Assembly: GCA_964016885.1 (NCBI GenBank)
Contig: OZ024740.1
Span: forward strand, 48,298,001 to 48,362,000
Direction: 5' to 3'
Origin: Eledone cirrhosa
Lineage: Eukaryota
DNA length: 64,000 bases
The position numbers and the translations under genes were made by a program. The notes under the pieces are model-generated. The model was not told the DNA's origin. It saw nothing but the letters and a program-made list of their open reading frames with translations, and ran no database searches. Shown in pieces: positions 30,500 to 42,600 of the stretch. Each line of letters starts with the position of its first letter. Within the stretch, counting starts at the first letter, position 1.

Positions 30500-33400
30500 T
30501 CTCTCTCTTCCAGTACTCTCTCCATCATTGTCTCTCTCTCTCTTCCAGTACTACCCCCAACACTGTCTCTATCTTCCAGTACTCCCTCCACCACTGTCTC
30601 TCTTCCGTTACACCCTCCAGCACTGTTTCTATCTTCCAGTACTCCCTCCACCACGGTCTCTCTTTTCTAGTACTCCCTCCATCACTGTCTCTCTCTTCCA
30701 GTACTCCCTCCAACACAGTCTCTCTCTTCCAGTACTCCCTCCAACATTGTCTCTCTTTTCCAGTACTTCCTCCATCACTGTCTCTAACTTCCAGTACTCC
30801 CGCCAACACTGTCTTTATCTTGCAATACTCCCGGCAGCACTGTCTGTCTTCCAGTACTCCCTCCACCACTGTCTCTCTCTCTTCCATGAATCCCTCCACC
30901 ACTGTCTCTCTTCCAGTACTCCCTCCACCACTGTCTCTATCTTACAGTACTCCCTCCATCACTGTCTCTCTCTTCCAGTACTCCCTCCATCACATTCTCT
31001 CTCTTCCAGTGCTCCCTCCAAAACTGTCTCTATTTTCCAGTATTTCCTCCAGCACTGTGTCTCTTCCAGTACTCCCTCCACCATTGTCTCTCTCTTCCAG
31101 TACTCCCTCCACCACTGTCTCTCTCTTCCAGTACTCCCTCCATCACTGTCTCTCTCTTCGAGTACTCCCTCCAGCACTGTCTCTCTCTTCCATTACTCCC
31201 CCAACACTGTCTCTATCTTCCAGTACTCCCTCCACCACTGTCCTCTCTTCCATTACTCCCTCCACAACTGTCTCTCTCTTCCAGTACTCCCTCCAACACT
31301 GTCTCTATCTTCCAGTATTCCCTCCAGCACTGTGTCTCTTCCAGTTCTCCCTCCACCACTGTCTCTCTCTTCCAGTACTCCCTCTACCACTGTCTCTATC
31401 TTCCAGTACTCCCTCCATCACTGTCTCTATCTTCCAGTATTCCCTCCAGCACTGTGTCTCTTCCAGTACTCACTCCACCACTGTCTCTCTCTTCCAGTAC
31501 GCCCTCCATCACTGTCTCTCTCTTCCAGTACTCCCTCCAACACTGTCTGTCTCTTCCAGTACTCCCTCAACACTGTCTCTATCTTCCAGTACTCCCTCTA
31601 ACACTTCTATATCTTCCAGTACTACCTCCATCACAGTCTCTCTCTTCCAGTACTCCCTCCAACAGTGTCTCTTTCTTCCAGTACTCCCTCCAACACTGTC
31701 TCTCTCTTGCAGTACTCCCTCCACCAGTGTCTCTCTCTTCTAGTACTCCCTCCAACACTGTCTCTATCTTCCAGTACTCCCTCTAATACTTGTCTATCTT
31801 CCAGTACTCCCTCTAACACTTGTCTACCTTCCAGTACTCCCTCCATAACTGTCTCTCTCTTCCAGTTCTCCCTCCAGCACTGTCTCTCTCTTCTAATACT
31901 CTCTCCAACACTGTCTCTATCTTCCAGTACTCCCTCCAACACTGTCTCTCTCTACCAGTTCTCCCTCCATTACTGTCTCTCTTTTCTAGTACTCCCTCCA
32001 TCACTGTCTCTCTCTTCCAGTACTCCCCCAACACTGTCTCTATCTTCCAGTACTCCCTCCACCACTTTCTCTCTCTTCCATTACTCCCTCCACCACTGTC
32101 TCTTCCAGTACTCCCTCCAACACTGTCTCTATCTTCCAGTACTCCCTCCACCACTTTCTCTCTCTTCCATTACTCCCTCCACCACTGTCTCTCTTCCAGT
32201 ACTCCCTCCAACACTGTCTCTCTTTTCCAGTACTCCCTCCATAACTGTGTCTCTTTTCCAGTAATCCCTACATCACTGTCTCTGTTCTTGCTACTCCCTC
32301 CAGCACTGTCTCTAACTTCCAGTACTCCCTCCACCACGGTCTCTCTTTTCTAGTACTCCCTCCATCACTGTCTCTCTCTTCCAGTACTCCCTGCAACACA
32401 GTCTCTTTCCTCCAGTACTCCCCCCATCACTGCCTCTCACTTCCAGTACTCCCTCCATCACTGTCTCTCTCTTCCAGTACTCTCTCCATCATTGTCTCTC
32501 TCTCTTCCAGTACTACCCCCAACACTGTCTCTATCTTCCAGTACTCCCTCCACCACTGTCTCTCATCCGTTACACCCTCCAGCACTGTCTCTAACTTCCA
32601 GTACTCCCTCCATCACATTCTCTCTCTTCCAGTGCTCCCTCCAACACTGTCTCCATCTTCCAGTATTCCCTCCAGCACTGTGTCTCTTCCAGTACTCCCT
32701 CCACCACTGTCTCTCTCTTCCAGTACGCCCTCCACCACTGTCTCTCTCTTCCAGTACTCCCTCCATCACTGTCTCTCTCTTCGAGTACTCCCTCCAACAC
32801 TGTCTCTCTCTTCCAGTACTCCCCCAACATTGTCTCTATCTTCCAGTACTCCCTCCACCACTGTCCTCTCTTCCATTACTCCCTCCACAACTGTCTCTCT
32901 CTTCCAGTACTCCCTCCAACACTGTCTCTATCTTCCAGTACTCCCTCCACCACTGTCTCTATCTTCCAGTATTCCCTCCATCACTGTCTCTCTCTTGCAG
33001 TACTCCCTCCATCACTGTCTCTCTCTCTTCCAGTACTACCTCCATCACTATCTCTCACTTCGAGTACTCCGGCCATCACTGTCACTCTCTTCCAGTACTC
33101 CGTCCACCACTGTCTCTTTTCCAGTACTCCCTCCATCACTGTCTCTCTCTTCTAGTACTCCCTCTAACACTTCTATATCTTCCAGTACTACCTCCATCAC
33201 AGTCTCTCTCGTCCAGTACTCCCTCCAACACTGTCTCTTTCTTCCAGTACTCCCTCCAACACTATCTCTCTCTTGCAGTACTCCCTCCACCAGTGTCTCT
33301 CTCTTCTAGTACTCCCTCCAACACTGTCTCAATCTTCCAGTACTCCCTCTAATACTTGTCTATCTTCCAGTACTCCCTCTAACACTTGTCTATCTTCCAG

Positions 33401-36400
33401 TACTCCCTCCATAACTGTCTCTCTCTTCCAGTTCTCCCTCCAGCACTGTCTCTCTCTTCTAGTACTCTCTCCAACACTGTCTCTATATTCCAGTACGCCC
33501 TCCATCACTGTCTCTCTCTTCAGTACTCCCGCCATCACTGTCTCTCTCTTCCAGTACTCCCTCCAACACGGGCTCTATCTTCCTGTACTCTCTCCATCAC
33601 TGTCTGTCTCTTCTAGTACTCCCTCCATCACTGTCTCTCTCTCCTAGTACTCCCTCCATCACTGTCTCCATCTTCCAGTACTTCCTTCATCACTGTCGCT
33701 ATCTACCAGTACTCCCTCCATCACTCTCTTTCTTTTCCAGTACTCTCTCCAATACTGTCTCTATCTTCCAGTACTCCCTCCAACACTGTCTCTCTCTACC
33801 AGTTCTCCCTCCATTACTGTCTCTCTTTTCTAGTACTCCCTCCATCACTGTCTCTCTCTTCCATTACTCCCTCCACCACTGTCTCTCTTCCAGTACTCCC
33901 TCCACCACGGTCTCTCTTTTCCAGTACTCCCTCCATAACTGTGTCTCTTTTCCAGTAATCACTCGATCACTGTCTCTGTTCTTGCTACTCCCTTCAGCAC
34001 TGTCTCTACCTTCCAGTACTCCCTCCACCACGGTTTCTTTTCTAGTACTCCCTCCATCACTGTCTCTCTCTTCCAGTACTCCCTGCAACATAGTCTCTTT
34101 CCTTCAGTACTCCACCATCACTGCCTCTCACTTCCAGTACTCCGTCCATCACTGTCTCTCTCTTCCAGTACTCTCTCCATCATTGTCTCTCTCTCTTCCA
34201 GTACTACCCCCAACACTGTCTCTATCTTCCAGTACTCCCTCCACCACTGTCTCTCTTCCGTTACACCCTCCAGCACTGTTTCTATCTTCCAGTACTCCCT
34301 CCACCACGGTCTCTCTTTTCTAGTACTCCCTCCATCACTGTCTCTCTCTTCCAGTACTCCCTCCAACACAGTCTCTCTCTTCCAGTACTCCCTCCAACAT
34401 TGTCTCTCTTTTCCAGTACTTCCTCCATCACTGTCTCTAACTTCCAATACTCCCGCCAACACTGTCTTTATCTTGCAATACTCCCGGCAGCACTGTCTGT
34501 CTTCCAGTACTCCCTCCACCACTGTCTCTCTCTCTTCCATGAATCCCTCCACCACTGTCTCTCTTCCAGTACTCCCTCCACCACTGTCTCTATCTTACAG
34601 TACTCCCTCCATCACTGTCTCTCTCTTCCAGTACTCCCTCCATCACATTCTCTCTCTTCCAGTGCTCCCTCCAACACTGTCTCTATTTTCCAGTATTCCC
34701 TCCAGCACTGTGTCTCTTCCAGTACTCCCTCCACCATTGTCTCTCTCTTCCAGTACTCCCTCCACCACTGTCTCTCTCTTCCAGTACTCCCTCCATCACT
34801 GTCTCTCTCTTCGAGTACTCCCTCCAACACTGTCTCTCTCTTCCAGTACTCCCCCAACACTGTCTCTATCTTCCAGTACTCCCTCCACCACTGTCCTCTC
34901 TTCCATTACTCCCTCCACAACTGTCTCTCTCTTCCAGTACTCCCTCCAACACTGTCTCTATCTTCCAGTATTCCCTCCAGCACTGTGTCTCTTCCAGTTC
35001 TCCCTCCACCACTGTCTCTCTCTTCCAGTACTCCCTCCACCACTGTCTCTATCTTCCAGTACTCCCTCCATCACTGTCTCTATCTTCCAGTATTCCCTCC
35101 AGCACTGTGTCTCTTCCAGTACTCACTCCACCACTGTCTCTCTCTTCCAGTACGCCCTCCATCACTGTCTCTCTCTTCCAGTACTCCCTCCAACACTGTC
35201 TGTCTCTTCCAGTACTCCCCCAACACTGTCTCTATCTTCCAGTACTCCCTCTAACACTTCTATATCTTCCAGTACTACCTCCATCACAGTCTCTCTCTTC
35301 CAGTACTCCCTCCAACAGTGTCTCTTTCTTCCAGTACTCCCTCCAACACTGTCTCTCTCTTGCAGTACTCCCTCCACCAGTGTCTCTCTCTTCTAGTACT
35401 GCCTCCAACACTGTCTCTATCTTCCAGTACTCCCTCTAATACTTGTCTATCTTCCAGTACTCCCTCTAACACTTGTCTACCTTCCAGTACTCCCTCCATA
35501 ACTGTCTCTCTCTTCCAGTTCTCCCTCCAGCACTGTCTCTCTCTTCTAATACTCTCTCCAACACTGTCTCTATCTTCCAGTACTCCCTCCAACACTGTCT
35601 CTCTCTACCAGTTCTCCCTCCATTACTGTCTCTCTTTTCTAGTACTCCCTCCATCACTGTCTCTCTCTTCCAGTACTCCCCCAACACTGTCTCTATCTTC
35701 CAGTACTCCCTCCACCACTTTCTCTCTCTTCCATTACTCCCTCCACCACTGTCTCTTCCAGTACTCCCTCCAACACTGTCTCTATCTTCCAGTACTCCCT
35801 CCACCACTTTCTCTCTCTTCCATTACTCCCTCCACCACTGTCTCTCTTCCAGTACTCCCTCCAACACTGTCTCTCTTTTCCAGTACTCCCTCCATAACTG
35901 TGTCTCTTTTCCAGTAATCCCTACATCACTGTCTCTGTTCTTGCTACTCCCTCCAGCACTGTCTCTAACTTCCAGTACTCCCTCCACCACGGTCTCTCTT
36001 TTCTAGTACTCCCTCCATCACTGTCTCTCTCTTCCAGTACTCCCTGCAACACAGTCTCTTTCCTCCAGTACTCCCCCCATCACTGCCTCTCACTTCCAGT
36101 ACTCCCTCCATCACTGTCTCTCTCTTCCAGTACTCTCTCCATCATTGTCTCTCTCTCTTCCAGTACTACCCCCAACACTGTCTCTATCTTCCAGTACTCC
36201 CTCCACCACTGTCTCTCATCCGTTACACCCTCCAGCACTGTCTCTAACTTCCAGTACTCCCTCCATCACATTCTCTCTCTTCCAGTGCTCCCTCCAACAC
36301 TGTCTCCATCTTCCAGTATTCCCTCCAGCACTGTGTCTCTTCCAGTACTCCCTCCACCACTGTCTCTCTCTTCCAGTACGCCCTCCACCACTGTCTCTCT

Positions 36401-36600
36401 CTTCCAGTACTCCCTCCATCACTGTCTCTCTCTTCGAGTACTCCCTCCAACACTGTCTCTCTCTTCCAGTACTCCCCCAACATTGTCTCTATCTTCCAGT
36501 ACTCCCTCCACCACTGTCCTCTCTTCCATTACTCCCTCCACAACTGTCTCTCTCTTCCAGTACTCCCTCCAACACTGTCTCTATCTTCCAGTATTCCCTC
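30500..36600. repeat. Higher-order duplication inside the satellite, period 3653 bp (slightly diverged); boundaries approximate
   Basis: ORFs recur at +3653 (30820/34473, 31454/35107, 31665/35318, 32492/36145, 32632/36285) with a few substitutions. Confidence 0.88.
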
Positions 36601-39600
36601 CAGCACTGTGTCTCTTCCAGTACTCACTCCACCACTGTCTCTCTCTTCCAGTACTCCCTCCATCACTGTCTCTCTCTTCCAGTACTCCCTCCAACACTGT
36701 CTGTCTCTTCCAGTACTCCCCCAACACTGTCTCTATCTTCCAGTATTCCAGCCAACACTGTCTCTCTTCCAGTACTCGCTCCACCACTGTCTCTATCTTC
36801 CAGTATTCCCTCCATCACTGTCTCTCTCTTCCAGTACGCTTTCCAACACTGTCTCTCTTTTCCAGTACTTCCTCCATCACTGTCTCTATCTTCCAGTACT
36901 CCCTCCATCACTGTCTCTCTCTTCCAATACTCCCCCAACACTGTCTCTCTCTTCCAGTACTCCCTCCAACACTGTCTCTCTTTTCCAGTACTTCCTCTAT
37001 CACTGTCTCTATCTTCCAGTACTCCCTCCACCACTGTCTCTCTCTTCCATGAAACCCTCCACCACAGTCTCTCTTCCAGTACTCCCTCCACCACTGTCTC
37101 TATCTTCCAGTATTCCCTCCATCACTGTCTCTCTCTTGCAGTACTCCCTCCATCACTGTCTTTCTCTTCCAGTACTCCCTCTAACACTGTCTCTATCTTC
37201 CAGTACTCCTTCCACCACTGTCTCTAACTTCCAGTACTCCCTCCATCAATGTCTCTCTCTTCCAGTACTCCCTCCAACACTGTCTCTCTCTTCCAGTACT
37301 CCCTCCATCACTGTCTCTATATTCCAGTACTCCCTCCACCACAGTCTCTATCTTCCAGTACTCCCTCCATCACTGTCTCTCTTTTCCAGTACTTCCTGCA
37401 GTACTGTCTCTCTTCCAGTACTCCTTCTACCACTGTCTCTCTCTTCCATGACTCCCTCCACCACTGTCTCTCATCCAATACTCCCTCCAACACTGTCTCT
37501 CTTTTCCAGTAATCCCTCCATATCTGTCTCTCTATTCCAGTAATCCCTCCATCACTGTCTCTGTTCCTGCTACTCCCTCCAGCACTGTCTCTATCTTCCA
37601 GTACTCCCTCCACCAAGGTCTCTCTTTTCTAGTACTCCCTCCATCACCGTCTCTCTCTTCCAGTACTCCCTGCAACACTGTCTCTCTCTTCCAGTGCCTC
37701 CTCCATCACTGTCTCTCTCTTCCAGTACTCTCTCCATCATTGTCTCTCTCTCTTCCAGTACTCCCCCCAACACTCTCTCTATCTGCCAGTACTCCCTCCA
37801 CCACTGTCTCTCTTCCGTTACTCCCTCCAGCACTGTCTCTCTCTTGCAGTACTCCCTCCATCACTGCCACTCTCTTCCAGTACTCGCTCCACCACTGTCT
37901 CTCTCCTCCAGTACTCCCTCCACCACTGTCTCTCTCTTCCAGTACTCCCTCCACCACGGTCTCTCTTTTCTAGTACTCCCTCCATCACTGTCTCTCTCTT
38001 CCAGTACTCCCTCCAACACAGTCTCTCTCTTCCAGTACTCACTCCATTACTGTCTCTCTCTTACAGTACTCCCTCCATCACTGTCTCTCTCTTCCAGTAC
38101 TCCCCCAACACTATCTCTATCTTCCAGTACTCCCTCCACCACTGTCTCTCTCTTCCATTACTCCCTCCACCACTGTCTCTCTTCCAGTACTCCCTGCATC
38201 ACTGTCTCTCTCTTCCAGTATTCCCTCCACCACTGTCTCTATCTTCCAGTACTCCCTCCATCACTGTCTCTCTTCCAATACTCCCTCTATCACTCTCGCG
38301 CTCTTCCAGTACTCCCGCTATCACTGTCTCTCTTTTCCAGTACTCCCTCCAGCACTGCCTCTCTCTTCCAGTACTCCCGCCAACACTGTCTCTCTTCCAG
38401 TACTCGCTCCACCACTGTCTCTATCTTCCAGTAATCCCTCCATCACTGTCTCTCTCTTCCAGTACTCCCTCCATCACTGTCTTTCTCTTCCAGTACTCCC
38501 TCCACCACTGTCTCTCTCTTCCAGTACTCCCTCCATCACTGTCTCTCTCTTCCAGTACTCCCTCCATCACTGTCTCTATCTTCCAGTACTCCCTCCACCA
38601 CAGTCTCTATCTTCCAGTACTCCCTCCACCACAGTCTCTATCTTCCAGTACTCCCTGCAACACAGTCTCTATCATCCAGTACTCCCCCCATCACTGCCTC
38701 TCTCTTCCAGTACTCCCTCCAGTACTCCCTCCACCACGGTCTCTCTTTTCTAGTACTCCCTCCATCACCGTCTCTCTCTTCGAGTACTCCCTGCAACACT
38801 GTCTCTCTCTTCCAGTGCCTCCTCCATCACTGTCTCTCTCTTCCAGTACTCTCTCCATCATTGTCTCTCTCTCTTCCAGTACTCCCCCCAACACTCTCTC
38901 TATCTGCCAGTACTCCCTCCACCACTGTCTCTCTTCCGTTACTCCCTCCAGCACTGTCTCTCTCTCTTGCAGTACTCCCTCCATCACTGCCACTCTCTTC
39001 CAGTACTCGCTCCACCACTGTCTCTCTCCTCCAGTACTCCCTCCACCACTGTCTCTCTCTTCCAGTACTCCCTCCACCACTGTCTCTATCTTCCAGTATT
39101 CCCTCCACCACTGTCTCTCTCTTCCAGTACTCCCTCCACCACTGTCTCTCTCTTCCAGTACTCCATCCACCACTGTCTCTATCTTCCAGTACTCCCCCAA
39201 CACTGTCTCTCTCTTCCAGTACTCCCTCCACCACTGTCTCTCTCTTCCAGTACTCCATCCACCACTGTCTTTATCTTCCAATACTCCCTGCAGCACTGTC
39301 TCTCTTCCAGTACTTCCATCACCACTGTCTCTCTCTTCCAGTACTCCCACCATCACTGTCTCTCTCTTCTAGTACTCCCTCCACACTGTCTCTATCTTCC
39401 AGTACTTCCTCCATCACAGTCTCTCTCTTCCAGTACTCCCTCCAACAAAGTCTCTATCTTCCAGTACTCCCTCCATCACTGTCTCTCTCTTCCAGTACTT
39501 CCTCCATCACTGTCTCTCTCTTCCAGTACTCCCTCCATCACTCTCTCTCTTTTCCAGTACTCCCTCCAGCACTGTCCCTCTTCCAGTACTCCCTCCACCA

Positions 39601-42600
39601 CTGTCTCTCTCTTCCAATACTCTCTCTAACACTGTCTCTATCTTCCAGTACTCCCTCCAACACTGTCTCTCTCTTGCAGTACTCCCTCTATTATTGTCTC
39701 TCTTTTCCAGTTCTCCATCCATCACTGTCTCTAACTTCCAGAACTCACTTCACCACGGTCTCTCTTTTCTAATACTCCCCCATCACTGTCTCTCTCTTCC
39801 AGTACTCCCTCCATCACTGTCTCTCTCTGCCAGTACTCCCTCCTACAATGTCTCTCTCTTCCAGTACTCCCTCCACCACTGTCTCTCTCTTCCAGTACTC
39901 CTTCCATCACTGTCTCTCTCTTCCAGTACTCCCGCCAACACTGTCTCTATCTTCCTGTACTCCGTCCATCGCTCTCTCTCTTTTCCAGTACTCCCTGCAG
40001 CACTGTCTCTCTTCCAGTACTCCCTCTACCACTGTCTCTCTCTTCCATGACTCCCTCCACCACTGTCTCTCTTCCAATACTCTTTCCAACACTGTCTCTA
40101 TCTTCCAGTATTCCCTCCTGCACTGTGACTCTTCCAGTACTCCCTCCATCAATGTCTCTCTCTTCCACTACTCCCTCCATCACTGTCTCTCTCTTCCAGT
40201 AGTCCCTCCATAACTGTCTCTCTCTTCCAGTACTCTCTCTAACACTTCTCTATCTTCCAGTACACCCTACATCACAGTCTCTCTCTTCCAGTACTCCCTC
40301 CAACACTGTCTCTCTCTTCCAGTACTCCCTCCATCACTGTCTGTATCTTCCAGTACTCCCTCCATCACTGTCTCATTCTTCCAGTACTCCCTCCATCACT
40401 GTCTCTCTCTCTTCCAGTACTCCCTCCATCACTTTCTCTCTCTTCCAGTACTTCGTCCACCACTGTCTCTCTTCCAGTACTCCCTCCATCACTGTCTCTC
40501 TCTTCTAGTACTCCGTCCAACACTGTTTCTATCTTCCAGTATTCCCTCCAGCACTGTCTCTCTTCCAGTACTCCCTGCATCACTGTCTCTCTCTTCCAGT
40601 ATTCCCTCCATCACTGTCTCTCTCTTCCAGTACTCCCTCCACCACTGTCTCTATCTTCCAGTACTCCCTACATCACTGTCTCTCTATCTTCCAGTACTCC
40701 CTCTATCACTGTCTCTCTCTTTCAGTACTCCTTCCATCACTGCCACTCTCTTCCAGTACTCGCTCCACCACTGTCTCTCTTCCAGTACTCCCTCCACCAC
40801 TGTCTCTCTCTTCCAGTACTCCCTCCACCACGGTCTCTCTTTTCTATTACTCCCTCCATCACTGTCTCTCTCTTCCAGTACTCCCTCCAACACAGTCTCT
40901 CTCTTCCAGTACTCCCCCAACACTGTCTCTATCTTCCAGTACTCCCTCCACCACTGTCTCTCTCTTCCATTACTCCCTCCACCACTGTCTCTCTTCCAGT
41001 ACTCTCTCCACCACTGTCTCTATCTCCAAGTACTCTCTCCATCACTGTCTTTCACTTCCAGTATTCCCTCCACCACTGTCTCTATCTTCCAGTACTCCCT
41101 CCATCACTGTCTCTCTTCCAGTACTCCCTCTATCACTGTCACTCTCCTCCAGTACTCCCTCCACCACTTTCTCTCTCTTCCAGTACTCCCTCCATCACTG
41201 TCGCGCTCTTCCAGTACTCCCTCCATCACTCTCTCTCTTTTCCAGTACTCCCTCCAGCACTGTCTCTCTTCCAGTACTTCCTCCAACACTGTCTCTATCT
41301 TCCAGTATTCCCTCCATCACTCTCTCTCTTTTCCAGTACACCCTCCAGCAATGTCTCTCTTCCAGTATTCCCTCCAACACTGTCTCTCTCTTCCAGTACT
41401 CCCTCCAACCCTGTCGCTCTTTTCCAGTACTCCCTCCAACACTGTCTCTATCTTCCAGTATTCCCTCCAGCACTATCTCTCTCTTCCAGTACTCCCTCCC
41501 CCACTGTCTCTATCTTCCAGTACTCCCTATATCACTGTCTCTCTCTTCCAGTACTCCCTCCAACACTATCTTACTCTTCCAGTACTCCCTCCATCACTGT
41601 CTCTATCTTCCAGTACTCCCTCCACCACTGTCTCTCTCTCTTCCAGTACTCCCTCCATCACTGTCTCTCTTCCAGTACTCCTTCTGCCACTGTGTCTCTC
41701 TTCCAATACTCCCTCTACCACTGTCTCTCTTTTTCAGTACTCCCTCCACCACTGTCTCTCTTCCAGTACCCCCTCCAACACTGTCTCTCTCTTCCAGTAT
41801 TCCCTCCACCACTGTCTCTCTCTTCCAGTACTCCCTCCACCACTGTCTCTATCTTCCAGTACTCCCTCCATAACTGTCTCTCTCTTCCAGTACTCCCTCC
41901 ATCAATGTCTCTCTCTTCCAGTACTCCCTCCATCACTGTCTCTCTCTTCCAGTAGTCCCTCCATCACTGTCTCTCTCTTCCAGTACTCTCTCTAACACTT
42001 CTCTATCTTCCAGTACACCCTACATCACAGTCTCTCTCTTCCAGTACTCCCTCCAACACTGTCTCTCTTTTCCAGTACTCCCTCCAACACTGTCTCTATC
42101 TTCCAGTATTCCCTCCAGCACTATCTCTCTCTTCCAGTACTCCCTCCCCCACTGTCTCTATCTTCCAGTACTCCCTATATCACTGTCTCGCTCTTCCAGT
42201 ACTCCCTCCAACACTGTCTCTCTCTTCCAGTACTCCCTCCATCACTGTCTCTATCTTCCAGTACTCCCTCCACCACTGTCTCTCTCTCTCTTCCAGTACT
42301 CCCTCCATCACTGTCTCTCTTCCAGTACTCCTTCTGCCACTGTGTCTCTCTTCCAATACTCCCTCTACCACTGTCTCTCTCTTTCAGTACTCCCTCCTCC
42401 ACTGTCTCTCTTCCACTACTCCCTCCAGCACTGTCTCGCTTCCAGTACCCCCTCCAACACTGTCTCTCTCTTCCAGTACTCCCTCCACCAGTGTCACTCT
42501 CTTCCAGTAAACCCTCCACCAGTGTCACTCTCTTCCAGTACTCCCTCCATCGCTCTCTCTCTATTCCTGTACTCCCTCCAACACTGTCTCTATCTTCCAG

